A stretch of 64,000 bases of DNA. Source: an uncultured Fimbriimonadaceae bacterium (GTDB lineage: Bacteria > Armatimonadota > UBA10988). Shown here piece by piece: positions 1 through 12,620 of this stretch. Both the position numbers and the translations under genes were made by a program. How positions within the stretch are numbered: position 1 is the first letter of the stretch; every line of letters starts with the position of its first letter. The notes under the pieces were generated by a model. The model saw nothing but the letters and a program-made list of their open reading frames with translations, did no database searches and was not told the DNA's origin. The stretch covers positions 9,673 through 73,672 of the forward strand of contig CAZHGD010000010.1 of assembly GCA_964531735.1 (NCBI GenBank), given 5' to 3'.

Positions 1-1299
1 CGGACCCGCGTGCGTGCTGAGTTGCAGGGCCTTGGCCACCTGCTCCGTGGCCGCGGCCGCGCCTGAGCCGGTGGCATAGACGCGCGTCCGGCCGCTCTGG
101 GCCACCGTGGCTGTCGGCGCGGTCACGGCGGCGTAGCCCAAGCGCCGCAGGCGCTGCGTGACCACGCGATCCAGGCCGACGCGGTCGCTGCCGTTGTAGA
201 CCGTCACCTCGGGCAGGGCCGCCGGACCGGCCGGCTGGCCGGGCGCCGGGGCTGCCGTGGCTCGCGGCGGAGCCGCCAGCGACTGCTTGAGCCGAGCGAC
301 GGCCGCCGGTGCGTCGCCGGCCGCCACGAAGTAGCTGCTGCCGTCGATGGTCTGGGCGGCGCCGGGCAGTTGGATGGCCGGCACGGCCGCCAGGTCCAGT
401 TGTCGCACCAAGCGCAGCAGGCAGCCGGTCTGCAGTGTGCCCATGGTCGAGTCCACATGCTTCGAGAGGCTGCGTATCACGCCCGGCAGGCGGAACACGT
501 GTTGCGGATCGGCGGCCGCCTTGGCCAGCGCGCGCAAGAACACCTGTTGGCGGCGCATCCGGCCAAGGTCGCCTTCGGCGTCCTTGCGGAAGCGCACGAA
601 CTGCATGGCGTGCTGCCCGTCGAGCAACTGCTCCCCGGGCTGCAGGTCGATGTGCAGGTTCTGCGCGTGATCATCGTAGCGCATCCGCTTCTCGACCTTC
701 AGTCGTACGCCGCCCAGCGCATCGACCACCTGCTGGAAGCCGGCCAGGTCGCAGCGGACCACATGGTCAATCGGTTGCTCGGTCACATCGGCCACGGCCT
801 GGGCGAGCAGTTGGCGGCCGCCGTAGCGGTAGGCGGCATTGAGCTTGTGCCAACCGCGCCCCGCCAGGCGCACGCGCGTGTCGCGCGGGAGGCTGATGAC
901 GCCGAGGTGGTTGGTGGGCAGGTCGAGACAGACCATGATCACCGTGTCGGTGCGGCCTGTGGCATCACCGGCATCGGTGCCGACCAGCAGGAGGTTGACC
1001 TGGTCGGCGCCAAACGGGTTGCCCGAGTTGGCCTCGGCCGAAGCGGTGGCCAGCCGCGGCCCGTCCGTCCGAGGGCGCGTCAGCCCCGCGCGGTAGCCGC
1101 TGATGAGACCGGCGGCCACCAAGACGAGGAGCAGCAGGGCCGGGCCAGGTCGCAGACGCCGCCGCGTCCGGACAACGCGTCCTGACGGGCGCCCCGACGC
1201 TCGCTGTGCCGACCGGCCGGACCGGCCTCGCTGACGCTCGCGCTGCTGCCTCACAACGACACCGCTCTGTCCCCGTCCCGCCTGCCGTGGCAAGGTCAC
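1..1299 (-). CDS. LCP (LytR-CpsA-Psr) family cell-envelope phosphotransferase; gene runs off the window start (C-terminal part missing)
   Basis: Manual minus-strand translation gives an Arg-rich cytoplasmic N-terminus, a TM helix (ALLLLVLVAAGLISGY) and a classic LCP domain (LLVGTDAGD...GRTDTVIMV...ISLPRDTRV...NAAYRYGG...MRYDDHAQNLHIDLQPGEQLLDGQHAMQFVRFRKD). Not in the ORF track, consistent with a gene that runs off the window edge. The listed + ORFs 370..1185 and 309..842 are antisense shadows. Start uncertain: GTG 1297-1299, TTG 1291-1293 (AGGTGA SD) or GTG 1252-1254. Confidence 0.75.
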   Translation of the reverse strand, partial: MTLPRQAGRGQSGVVVRQQRERQRGRSGRSAQRASGRPSGRVVRTRRRLRPGPALLLLVLVAAGLISGYRAGLTRPRTDGPRLATASAEANSGNPFGADQVNLLLVGTDAGDATGRTDTVIMVCLDLPTNHLGVISLPRDTRVRLAGRGWHKLNAAYRYGGRQLLAQAVADVTEQPIDHVVRCDLAGFQQVVDALGGVRLKVEKRMRYDDHAQNLHIDLQPGEQLLDGQHAMQFVRFRKDAEGDLGRMRRQQVFLRALAKAAADPQHVFRLPGVIRSLSKHVDSTMGTLQTGCLLRLVRQLDLAAVPAIQLPGAAQTIDGSSYFVAAGDAPAAVARLKQSLAAPPRATAAPAPGQPAGPAALPEVTVYNGSDRVGLDRVVTQRLRRLGYAAVTAPTATVAQSGRTRVYATGSGAAAATEQVAKALQLSTHAGP

Positions 1300-1308
1300 C
1301 TGTGATAC

Positions 1309-1911
1309 TTAGGCACCGGCGTAGAGGCCGAGTTTCCCGATCTGGGCCAACACGCGATCGGGAACCAGATAGCGCACCGAGCGACCGGCCGCGAGGTCGC
1401 CACGCAGGTCACGAGAGGCGATCTGCAGTGGCGGCATGACGAACCGGTCGACCCGTGGCTGCAGCCACTCCGGCAGCTCCGGCAGCAACTGCTCGAGCGG
1501 CGAGCCGGGCCGGTCAGCGACGCCGAGCCGGGCGACCTCAGCGATCTGTCGCGGCGCTCGCCACCGCGGGAAGTCGGCCAACGCATCGCCGCCCAGCAGC
1601 AGCCAGAGCTGTGCCTGAGGGTACTGCTCGCCGAACCAGGCGACGGTGTCGACAGTGAAGCTGACGCCGCCGCGGCCCAGCTCAACGTCGGAGACACGGA
1701 ACTCAGGGCGGTCGGCCACCAGCAGGCGGGTCAGCGCCAGCCGCTGTGGCCCGGGGACGCAGCACGTGCCCTTGAGCGGCTGGCTGGCGCACGGCACGAA
1801 CACCACCTCGTCCAGCGCCAGCTCCTGGCGGGCTCGGTCGGCCAGCACGAGATGAGCCAGGTGTGGCGGGTCGAAGGCGCCGCCGTAGATCCCGATGCGG
1901 TGTCCGCTCAC
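1309..1911 (-). CDS. nadD: nicotinate-nucleotide adenylyltransferase NadD
   Basis: C-terminal 200 aa of ORF 1309..2232 carry IGIYGGAFDPPHLAHL (the (H/T)xGH nucleotidyltransferase motif). Trimmed to GTG 1909-1911, which has a GAGGAGG SD 7 nt upstream. The upstream 107 aa are Arg-rich with no homology signal. Confidence 0.85.
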   Translation of the reverse strand: MSGHRIGIYGGAFDPPHLAHLVLADRARQELALDEVVFVPCASQPLKGTCCVPGPQRLALTRLLVADRPEFRVSDVELGRGGVSFTVDTVAWFGEQYPQAQLWLLLGGDALADFPRWRAPRQIAEVARLGVADRPGSPLEQLLPELPEWLQPRVDRFVMPPLQIASRDLRGDLAAGRSVRYLVPDRVLAQIGKLGLYAGA

Positions 1912-2294
1912 CGCGGCGCCTCCTCGGCCGGCAGGGCCGGCAGTGCGAGCGGGTCGGGCCACCACCGTGTCTCCGGCAGCGCGGCCAGTTCGCGTCCGCG
2001 CCGGACCACCGCTCGCACGGCGGCCAGTTCGCGGGTCGGGCCGCACAACATGCACAACCACTCGATCTGGGCCAAGGCCTCGGCGGCCTCGCCGCGTCCG
2101 ATGGCCGCGCAGATGGCCTCCTGGCGCGCCTGGGCCTCGCGCAGGACGTCGGCGAGCAGGCCCAGATCGGCACCGCAGCGGGCGCAGACGTTCTCGACCG
2201 GCGGCTGCTGCCAGCGGCACACCGGGCAACACATCACCGCGTCGCCGGGCGGCGCGGTGGAGGAGGTGGCCAACGGATCGATGAGGTCGCTCAT
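1908..2294 (-). CDS. small zinc-ribbon/coiled-coil hypothetical protein
   Basis: ATG start; strong GC3 codon bias; CPVCR...CARCG and LCMLCG Cys pairs. Its stop TGA 1908-1910 overlaps the nadD GTG start (GTGA). Confidence 0.5.
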   Translation of the reverse strand: MSDLIDPLATSSTAPPGDAVMCCPVCRWQQPPVENVCARCGADLGLLADVLREAQARQEAICAAIGRGEAAEALAQIEWLCMLCGPTRELAAVRAVVRRGRELAALPETRWWPDPLALPALPAEEAPR

Positions 2295-2325
2295 GTCAGC
2301 AGATTATACGCCGGGGTCCGGTGGC

Positions 2326-3474
2326 TCAGGGCAGGACAGACGCGACTTGGTCCATGTCGTCGGGACTGTTGTAGAAGTGCGGCGACAGCCGGACGCAGGC
2401 GCCCCGCTGGATGGCGACGATCTGTGCGGCGCGGAGCCGCTGGAGCAAGTCCGCCGGGCTGTACTCGGGATGGCGCAGCGCGATGATGCCGGAGCGCTCG
2501 CCAGGCCGCAGCGAGCTGCCGAGGAGGTAACCGCGGCCGGCCAGTCGCTCGAGCAGGTGATCGAGCAGGCCGAGCAGGCGCGACTCGATCGCGGCCGGGC
2601 CGATCTCGCCGAGCATCCGCACCGCCTCGGTCAGCATCAGGTTGCCGAGGCAGTTCGGCGTGCCCTCCTCGAAGCGTTCGGCCGTCGGCTTGAGGGCCGG
2701 CAGGCCATCTTCGGTGTCCACCTCCGCGCCGGGAATGCTGAGGTCGTCGGCCACGCTGTGCCAACTGACGTTGAACGGTTGCAGTCGCTCCAGCAGGCGG
2801 GGTGCGAGGTAGAGGAAGCCGGCGCCCTCGGCGCCGCACAGCCACTTGTGCCCGCCGACGGCCAGCGCATCGCAGGCCGCGATGGGGACGGGCAGCGCGC
2901 CGACGCCCTGCACGCCGTCGACGACGAGGTAGGCGCCAGACCGGGCACAGACCTCGGCCAGCGCCGGCAGGTCGATCCGGAAGCCGTTCAGGTACTGCAC
3001 CCAACTGACCGCGACGACTCGCGTCGAGGCATCGATGGCCGCGGCGACGCGGTCGATGGGGAAGCGCCCCTCGGCGTCGGGCTGGACGACCCGCACCGTG
3101 GCGCCGAGGCGCGCGGCGGCGCGCCAGGGAAGCCGATTGGCCGGGTACTCGCCGGCCAAGGTGACGATGGTGTCGCCGGCTTGGTAGGGCAGGCTCTCGG
3201 CCACGAAGATGAGGCCCTGGCTGGTGTTCTTGACCAGCGCGATACGATCAGGCGAGACTGTGAGGAACGACGCGACCGCGGCGCGAGCGCCTTCGTTGGC
3301 GGCGGACCACAGGCGCGGGTAGCTGAGGCCCGGCTCGGCCGAGAAAGCGGCCATGGCCTCGGTGGCGGCGCGGATGACCCGCTGGCAGAGCGGTGTGACG
3401 CCGGCGTGTTGCAGCCAGATGGTGCCGTTGGCCAGGTAGGGCCACTGTTCGCGGTAGCGGTGCCAGTCGGTCAT
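2326..3474 (-). CDS. class V aminotransferase / cysteine desulfurase-like PLP enzyme
   Basis: ORF 2326..3921 trimmed to ATG 3472-3474 (MTDWHRYREQW; the upstream 149 aa are His/Arg-rich). Has the GHKW PLP-lysine motif (AVGGHKWLCGAEGAGFLY), typical of SufS/CsdA/isopenicillin-N-epimerase-like enzymes. Confidence 0.8.
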   Translation of the reverse strand: MTDWHRYREQWPYLANGTIWLQHAGVTPLCQRVIRAATEAMAAFSAEPGLSYPRLWSAANEGARAAVASFLTVSPDRIALVKNTSQGLIFVAESLPYQAGDTIVTLAGEYPANRLPWRAAARLGATVRVVQPDAEGRFPIDRVAAAIDASTRVVAVSWVQYLNGFRIDLPALAEVCARSGAYLVVDGVQGVGALPVPIAACDALAVGGHKWLCGAEGAGFLYLAPRLLERLQPFNVSWHSVADDLSIPGAEVDTEDGLPALKPTAERFEEGTPNCLGNLMLTEAVRMLGEIGPAAIESRLLGLLDHLLERLAGRGYLLGSSLRPGERSGIIALRHPEYSPADLLQRLRAAQIVAIQRGACVRLSPHFYNSPDDMDQVASVLP

Positions 3475-3558
3475 CGGGTGATCCTCGCGCGCGTCGGCCG
3501 GCCGGCCGAAGTGATCATGATACCACCGGCGGCGGGGGCGGAACAGGAGGAGCGGCGG

Positions 3559-4359
3559 ATGCGGTTTCGGACACTGTTTGGCCAGATCCGGCCGGTGATC
3601 GGCCAAGTGAGCCTGTCGCCGCTGCCTGGCGCTGAAGGCTACGCGGGCGACCTGCCGGCGGTGCGGCGGCGCGCGGTGGAGGACGCACAGCGCCTGGTCT
3701 CGGGCGGCTGTGACGCGGTACTGGTCGAGAACAGCCTGGATGGTCCGTTCGGGCAGGACCAGGTGCCGATGGAGACGGTGGCGGCGCTGGTGCTGGTGGT
3801 GGCCGCCGTGGTCGACGCGGTGGTGGTGCCCGTGGGCGTGAGCGTACTGCGCAACGATGCCGCGGCGGCCGTGGCTGTGGCCACGGTGGCCGAAGCCCGG
3901 TTCGTGCGGGTCCGCGTGCATGTCGGCACGGTGGCCGATCGGTCGGGTGTGATCGAGGGCCGGGCCGCCGACACGTTGCGCCTGCGGGCCAGTCTACGGT
4001 CGGACGTGGCGATCTTCGCCGACGTGATGGTCGGCCGTGGCGGGGCGTTGGGGCAGGCTGACCGACTGCGGAATGCCCACGATGTCTACTACCGGGGCTT
4101 GGCCGACGCGCTGGTGCTGAGCAGCGGCGCGCGAGGCGACGGGCCGGATGTGGCGGAGGCGGCCGAGTTGCGCGCGGCGCTGTCCGAGGCCCCCCTGCTC
4201 TGCGGCGGCGGAGTCGTCCCCGAGCGGGCCAGTCTGCTCCTGAGCCAGAGCGACGGCCTGATCGTGGACCGCTGGTGTCGCGACCAGGGCGACCAGGGCC
4301 GACCGGTCGATGTGACGAGAGTGCGCGAACTGGTGGCGGCGGTGGAGGCGACGCCGTAG
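3559..4359 (+). CDS. BtpA/SgcQ family TIM-barrel protein
   Basis: C-terminal 266 aa of the 835-aa ORF 1852..4359, from ATG 3559 with a GGAGGAG SD. Sequence MRFRTLFGQIRPVIGQVSLSPLPG...GGCDAVLVEN is typical of the BtpA family. The N-terminal 570 aa of the long ORF are antisense to the aminotransferase and rejected. Confidence 0.75.
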   Translation: MRFRTLFGQIRPVIGQVSLSPLPGAEGYAGDLPAVRRRAVEDAQRLVSGGCDAVLVENSLDGPFGQDQVPMETVAALVLVVAAVVDAVVVPVGVSVLRNDAAAAVAVATVAEARFVRVRVHVGTVADRSGVIEGRAADTLRLRASLRSDVAIFADVMVGRGGALGQADRLRNAHDVYYRGLADALVLSSGARGDGPDVAEAAELRAALSEAPLLCGGGVVPERASLLLSQSDGLIVDRWCRDQGDQGRPVDVTRVRELVAAVEATP

Positions 4360-4473
4360 ACTGATCAGGGCCGGAGATGCGCTTAAGGCCGGGGGCGTTG
4401 CGGCCGACTTACCATTTGGCAGCGCTGGGCGGCGCGGGTTGCAGCGGCTTGGTGTCGGCGCGCCGGAGGGGAG

Positions 4474-7362
<2,889 letters not shown>

Positions 7363-7375
7363 GCCGGGGTCCCGC

Positions 7376-7630
7376 TCAGGTCACGTCGTAGCCGCCGTGA
7401 TCGTTGCGACGCAGCACTTTGAACCCAGCCTGCTTGAGGCGTTTGTCGCTGGGTGCCTTGCGAGCGAATCCGGAGCCCGCGTGGAAGCTGACCACGCGGC
7501 GCGCCACCGCGGCGCCGCACTGCGGACAGAACGGCAGCGGCGCGTCGGTCACCGACTGGCGAACCGTGAAGCCGTCGCGGCAGTGGTCGCAGGAGAACTC
7601 GTCGATGCAGCGGTAGTCGTAGCTGGGCAT
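7376..7630 (-). CDS. FmdB-family zinc-ribbon protein
   Basis: MPSYDYRC...CDHC...FCPQCG...SGF matches the FmdB_Zn_ribbon pattern (MPxYEYxC...CPxCG...GSGF). 84 aa. Confidence 0.75.
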   Translation of the reverse strand: MPSYDYRCIDEFSCDHCRDGFTVRQSVTDAPLPFCPQCGAAVARRVVSFHAGSGFARKAPSDKRLKQAGFKVLRRNDHGGYDVT

Positions 7631-7677
7631 GGCCGACTCGCATAGCGTCCTGAGGTCATTGTACCGCCAACCGCCGC

Positions 7678-8835
7678 CTAGACCGAGCGGTCACCCCGCG
7701 ACCAGCGCTCGAGCCGGGTCATCAGGCCCACCACCACGACCACCGCCGCGCAGAGACCGTATGGCGCGGACGGCCCGAGGTGCCAAGCCAGGCTGCCGCC
7801 GAGCCAGGGGCCCATCACACTGCCCAGGCCGACCACGGCTTCGTTGATGCCCGTCTGCCGGGCGGTGTCTTCACGGCCATGCAGGCTGTGGAACATGCTC
7901 GCGCTGTAGCTGACCGCCGTGTATAGGCCGAGCACGAGCAGCGCGGGCAGGGCCAGACGAGTGCAGCCGAGGGCAATGACCAGCAGGCCCACGACGGCCG
8001 CCCACTGGACCGGCTCGACCCAGCGACCGTCGGCGTCGCGCGGCCGCAGCAGACCGAGGTAGACGAACGCGAGCGTCTGCACGCCGTTGATGCCGGCCAC
8101 CCAGGTGCCGGTGGTCTCGGGGCTGAGGCCGAGCCGCTGCCGCGCGTAGATGGGGAACAGGTTGCGCACGCAGTTGATGACGAAGAACGCCGCGAAGCTC
8201 GCCAACCAGGCCTGCCGTCGGCGCCAGGCCGGGCTGGGTGGCCGGTCGTCGGCGCGCCGGGGCTCGCCGTTGGGCGCGCCCGGACCGCGCTGGAGCGAGA
8301 TGACCAGGCAGCCGACGCCCATCGCCGCGCCATAGGTGGCCCACGCGGCGGTGGGGCCGATGGCTTGGTAGAGCCGACCGGCCACGAAGGCGCCGAGCGC
8401 CGAGCCGGTACTCCAGCCGAGGTTGAAAGCGGCCATGCGTCGAGGCAGGGCGACGCTGTCGGCGCCACGGCTCAACCAGCCGGAGAGGCCCGGCCAGAAC
8501 ATCGCTGCGCCGACGCCCTTCACCGCCAAGGGCAGCAACGCGTCGGCGGGGGTTCTGACCAGGTAGAGGGCGCCGGTGCTGGCGGCCAGCAGGGCGGCGC
8601 CGAGCAAGGTGAACCGGCGCAGACCAAAGCGGTCGCCCCAGTGCCCCATGGGTATGGTGCAGATGATGTAGAGGGCGATGGGCACCGCCAGCAGGCGCCC
8701 GATGGTCTGCGGGTCGGTGTGGCAGACGCGGTCGAAGTAGAGCGTCAGCGTCATCGTCGCGGCGGTCGAGCAGGAGTCGCCCATCGCTCCGACGAAGAGA
8801 AACGCGAGGATCCCCAAGCCCTGCTGCTGGCGCAT
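7678..8835 (-). CDS. MFS transporter
   Basis: About 12 predicted TM helices and an MFS-like loop (GHWGDRFGLRR). Confidence 0.8.
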   Translation of the reverse strand: MRQQQGLGILAFLFVGAMGDSCSTAATMTLTLYFDRVCHTDPQTIGRLLAVPIALYIICTIPMGHWGDRFGLRRFTLLGAALLAASTGALYLVRTPADALLPLAVKGVGAAMFWPGLSGWLSRGADSVALPRRMAAFNLGWSTGSALGAFVAGRLYQAIGPTAAWATYGAAMGVGCLVISLQRGPGAPNGEPRRADDRPPSPAWRRRQAWLASFAAFFVINCVRNLFPIYARQRLGLSPETTGTWVAGINGVQTLAFVYLGLLRPRDADGRWVEPVQWAAVVGLLVIALGCTRLALPALLVLGLYTAVSYSASMFHSLHGREDTARQTGINEAVVGLGSVMGPWLGGSLAWHLGPSAPYGLCAAVVVVVGLMTRLERWSRGDRSV

Positions 8836-9064
8836 CGCGCTGAGACCTCCGATTGTCTAGTACAATGGACTCAGCGCTGAATCACCGGCGTCGGAGCCTG
8901 CCCGGAGCTCGCTGGACGGAGCAGATGGGCATAGGTGAGAAAGACGGCGAGCAGAGCGACGAGGATGGCAACAAAGGCGGTCGTGGGGCTGATCTCTTTA
9001 GGTGGCGTCTTGGACACTGTCCGGTCCGTTTCTCGCTAACCAGCGCTAGCGGTGAGTGTAGCGA

Positions 9065-11665
9065 ATGCCCATGCCAAAGTCAAATCGTCTCGCCGGCAAC
9101 TTCGCGGCGATGGTTGTGGCACGGCGGTGGTTGGGCGCTGCCAGCCTGCTTGTCATGGCGGCCGGTGCCATGGCGGCGACGCCGACCCAGATCCAGGGCG
9201 ACCGGTTCCGCGACGCTGACGGTCGGGCGGTGGCCGTCCGATGGGCCTTCGGGCTGACCGACGCGGCCGAGCTGCCGGCCTACCAGGAGGCGGGCCTGAA
9301 TGTGGTCTACCTCGACCTGCCCGCGGTCGACGCCGCCGCGACCAAGCAGGCGGCCGAACTGGCGATGGCGGCCGGACGCGAGGGCCTGGCGGTGGTCGTC
9401 GGCCTGAACCCGATCGTGGCGACCAGTACCGACGAGCCCCTCGACCTGGCCAGTCCGGAGGCCGTGCGCCGCACCTGCACGTGGTTGGCCGATACGGTGT
9501 CCGTCTGGAAGGACGTGCCCGGTCTGCTCGCCTACGCGCTGGAGGAAGACGTCGAGGAGCGCCTGCGGTGGACCGACCGCGGCTTTGGGCAGTACCTGCA
9601 GTGGCTCTACGGCGGGCGCATCGAGGCGCTGAACGAGCACTGGCGGGCTAAGCTCCGCTCGTTCCCGGAGATCGGCACGGCGCTGGCCACCACGCTCGAC
9701 GCCGGTCGGGTGGGGCAGGTGGGCCGCGCCTCGCTCGACCTGGCCAAGTGGCGAGCCGATGGGGTGCAGTCGCTCCTGCGGCGGTGGAGCACGGCGGTGG
9801 CCGCCGTCGATCCGGCGCACCCGGTGATCGGCGGACGCATGGCACGGTACCGCACGCTCCTGGCTGCGCCGCCCGAACTGAGCGCGCTGCAGCCGGCCAT
9901 GCTCGAGCGGACCGGCTGGCCCGATCTGGCCCTGCACGAGGCCGCGGCCGTGGCCGTGGCCAACCAGTCCGGCCGCTTCGCCGTCGTGCCGGTGCTGGAA
10001 ACCCACACCGACCCGGTGAGTGTGCTCCGCTGGACCCGGGTGATGTTCGGCCGCGGTGCTGCGGGGGTGTCGCTGGCCAGTTGGCGCGAGCTGGCCGCCA
10101 GTACCGAACTGCGGCGCGCGGTGCGTCTGGCGACCGACGAAGCCGATCACCTGGCCCTGGCGTCGTTCGTGCCGCAGCCAAGCGCGGCGGTGCTGCTCCA
10201 GCCGTTGGCGCGGGGGCCGCTCCGTGGTGACCAGCAGCGCTACGGATACGGCACCATGGCTGGCGACGAGCCGGCTGGCCTGTACGCGATGTTGCGCCGC
10301 AGCACGCGGCACGGCCCGTTGGGCGTGCTGACGCCGCGCGACCTGGACCGGGTGCCGCTGGGCCAGGTCGGGTGTCTGTTTGCGCCGGCCGCCTTCGAGC
10401 TGTCGAGCGACGCAGTGCAGGCGCTGAAGAGCTACGTGGCCGGCGGCGGCGTGCTGGTGGCGGACCTCGGCCTCGGCTGCTACGAGCCGCGGGGCCATCT
10501 GGCGCAGATGCCCGCGGCGCTCCAGAACGTGTTCGGCATCGGCATCGCCGACGTGCGGCTGGTGATGGACGTCGTGTTGGCCGAACGGCAGCGCGAACGG
10601 GTGCGCATGTCGCCACCGGGCGAGGTGGCCTTCCCGGAGTTGCGACCCGAGCTCGCGCATCCGGGCAGTCTGGTGGTGACCCACGTCAACGCGCTGTTCC
10701 CCGAGGCGCCGCTGAACGGCTTTACGCCACCGCGTCTGGCGGGCACGTTGCTGCGGTCGCCGGCGGCCTTCATCTACCCGACTGACGACACGACGCGCAT
10801 CGTGGTCGAGCAGGCTTCCATCGGCGGCCGACCGCCGCTACAGCCGGCCCTCTCGGGCATCTCGGTGCATCCTTACGGCCAGGGCGTGGCGGCCTTCGTC
10901 AGCACGTTCATCTGGCAGGAGTGGTTCCCCGACGATGCCCTCTTCGACCAGGTCCACGACGGCATGATGGGCCAGCGACCGCAGCTCACCGAGGTGGCCG
11001 CGCGCCGGTTGTGTGATGAGCGCAGCTACCTGGCGCGCCATGAACGGTGGCTGTGGCTGCACCGCCTGGACAATCAGCCGGCAATCGCCCAGGTGGACCT
11101 GCCGAGCCTGGACGGCGAGCTCTATGTCGGGGGCCTGAACGCGGTTAGGCGCCCGTTGCAGCGCGGGCGCGCCGCGCCGGTGCAACTCGGCACCGCGCCG
11201 TTGGTCAACCGGCGCGTCGTGCGGCTGGCCGGCGGCGAGTTGCGGCTGGAGGAAACGGTGCCGGTGGCGCTGTGGCCGCAGCACGAGCAGGCTTCGGCCG
11301 ATGTCATTCACTACACGCCCTCGCGCGTCGAGGTGCAGTTGTTCGGGGCCGGCGATGAGGCCGAGGTCGACCACTTCGGTCGTTGGATCGTGCTCGCGCC
11401 GCGGCCGGAGCAAGTGGTGTTGACGATCCGCGACGGCGGCTACCCGATCGCCGCCGGCTCGCAGCACCGGGTCGAGTGGTGGACCGCGACCGTCGGTGCG
11501 TCAGGCACGCTGGGCTCGCGGGCTGGTCTGGTGCACAGCGAATCCACCATGACGGCGGGCGCCGACCAGCGACTGGTGATCCGCGAGACCGTTCGAGCCG
11601 CCCGCCTGGCGGTAACGCCGGCTACGACGCCGGTGGCGCCGGCTCCGCCGGCACCCACAAGCTGA
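9065..11665 (+). CDS. large secreted hypothetical protein, possibly GH42-like (TIM barrel plus GATase1-like middle domain)
   Basis: Signal peptide (AASLLVMAAGAMAATP); middle domain LKSYVAGGGVLVADLGLG resembles the beta-galactosidase trimerisation fold. No catalytic motif verified. 3' end overlaps the convergent HK by 44 nt. Confidence 0.55.
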   Translation: MPMPKSNRLAGNFAAMVVARRWLGAASLLVMAAGAMAATPTQIQGDRFRDADGRAVAVRWAFGLTDAAELPAYQEAGLNVVYLDLPAVDAAATKQAAELAMAAGREGLAVVVGLNPIVATSTDEPLDLASPEAVRRTCTWLADTVSVWKDVPGLLAYALEEDVEERLRWTDRGFGQYLQWLYGGRIEALNEHWRAKLRSFPEIGTALATTLDAGRVGQVGRASLDLAKWRADGVQSLLRRWSTAVAAVDPAHPVIGGRMARYRTLLAAPPELSALQPAMLERTGWPDLALHEAAAVAVANQSGRFAVVPVLETHTDPVSVLRWTRVMFGRGAAGVSLASWRELAASTELRRAVRLATDEADHLALASFVPQPSAAVLLQPLARGPLRGDQQRYGYGTMAGDEPAGLYAMLRRSTRHGPLGVLTPRDLDRVPLGQVGCLFAPAAFELSSDAVQALKSYVAGGGVLVADLGLGCYEPRGHLAQMPAALQNVFGIGIADVRLVMDVVLAERQRERVRMSPPGEVAFPELRPELAHPGSLVVTHVNALFPEAPLNGFTPPRLAGTLLRSPAAFIYPTDDTTRIVVEQASIGGRPPLQPALSGISVHPYGQGVAAFVSTFIWQEWFPDDALFDQVHDGMMGQRPQLTEVAARRLCDERSYLARHERWLWLHRLDNQPAIAQVDLPSLDGELYVGGLNAVRRPLQRGRAAPVQLGTAPLVNRRVVRLAGGELRLEETVPVALWPQHEQASADVIHYTPSRVEVQLFGAGDEAEVDHFGRWIVLAPRPEQVVLTIRDGGYPIAAGSQHRVEWWTATVGASGTLGSRAGLVHSESTMTAGADQRLVIRETVRAARLAVTPATTPVAPAPPAPTS

Positions 11666-12458
11666 AGCAGGAACCGACGCCGACCTGGCTCTGGACGGTC
11701 AAGCGCACGTGCAACAGGTCCGCCAGCCGCTGGCTGATGGCCAAGCCGAGACCCGTGCTGGCGGTGCCGCGAGCGCGTTCCGGATCCACCTGCACGTAGG
11801 GCTCGAAGATGCGCTCCAGCTCGGCGGGCGGGATGCCCACGCCGGTGTCCTGCACGGTGATGTGTACGCCGTCGTGGGTCGCGGCCGTGGCCACCACCAC
11901 GCCACCCCGGTCGGTGTAGCGGACTGCGTTGGACAGCAGGTTGATGATGATCTGCTTGAGCTTCAGCCGGTCGGTGACCACCGACAGCCCCGCCTCGAGC
12001 TGCGTGGTCAGTGCCAGCTCCTTCTCCCAGGTCTGTGGCTCGATGGTCTCGACGGCCTCATTGACGACCAGGGTCAGGTCGACCTGCTCGCGGCTGACCG
12101 AGACCGACCCATGCTGCATCCGCGCGAGATCGAGCACGTTGTTGAGCAGCAGCAGCAGTACGGAGGCGTTCTTGAGGACCTTCTGCACGTACGAACGCTG
12201 CGCGGGCGCCAGGTCGCCGCTGTAGTGCAGGAGCATGTGGCAGAAGCCGATGATGGACGTGAGCGGCGTGCGTAGCTCGTGGCTGACGCGCGCCAGCATC
12301 TCGTCCTTGGCCCGGAGCCGCTCCTCCATCTCGAGGCGAACCGCCTCGACCGCCTCGTGGAGACGGTCCTCCCACAGCTCCGGCGTCGCCATTGCGCTCG
12401 GCGCGACCAAGACTGGACTGGCGTCTTCTGTTTCCACTACTCGAGCCTCACCCAACAA
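11622..12458 (-). CDS. soluble histidine kinase (HisKA + HATPase, no sensor domain)
   Basis: H-box SHELRTPLTSIIGF; N-box LLSNAVRYT; G-boxes DTGVGI...GLGLAI. True start may be downstream (MATPEL). Confidence 0.8.
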   Translation of the reverse strand: MLGEARVVETEDASPVLVAPSAMATPELWEDRLHEAVEAVRLEMEERLRAKDEMLARVSHELRTPLTSIIGFCHMLLHYSGDLAPAQRSYVQKVLKNASVLLLLLNNVLDLARMQHGSVSVSREQVDLTLVVNEAVETIEPQTWEKELALTTQLEAGLSVVTDRLKLKQIIINLLSNAVRYTDRGGVVVATAATHDGVHITVQDTGVGIPPAELERIFEPYVQVDPERARGTASTGLGLAISQRLADLLHVRLTVQSQVGVGSCFSLWVPAEPAPPAS

Positions 12459-12620
12459 CCGGCCGGTGCTCGAGCTCCGACCTCAACCCCTGCGGGTTGG
12501 CAACGGTTCGCAGCAGGAGTATAGTGTGCCGGCAACAGCGCGTCAACGGATGGGCAACATCCTGCTGAGCCACGCTCCGGTCAGCGCCCGTCGACCCGAC
12601 GCGCCGGAGGAATACACGCC

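Noticed and set aside
370-1185. 271-aa and 177-aa + strand ORFs at the window start
   Set aside because: They are antisense shadows of the minus-strand LCP-family gene, which has clear family motifs.
1852-4359. 835-aa ORF on + strand
   Set aside because: Only the last 266 aa (from ATG 3559, BtpA family) make sense. The first 570 aa are antisense to the aminotransferase gene, Arg/Ala-rich, and arise from the lack of stops in GC-rich DNA.
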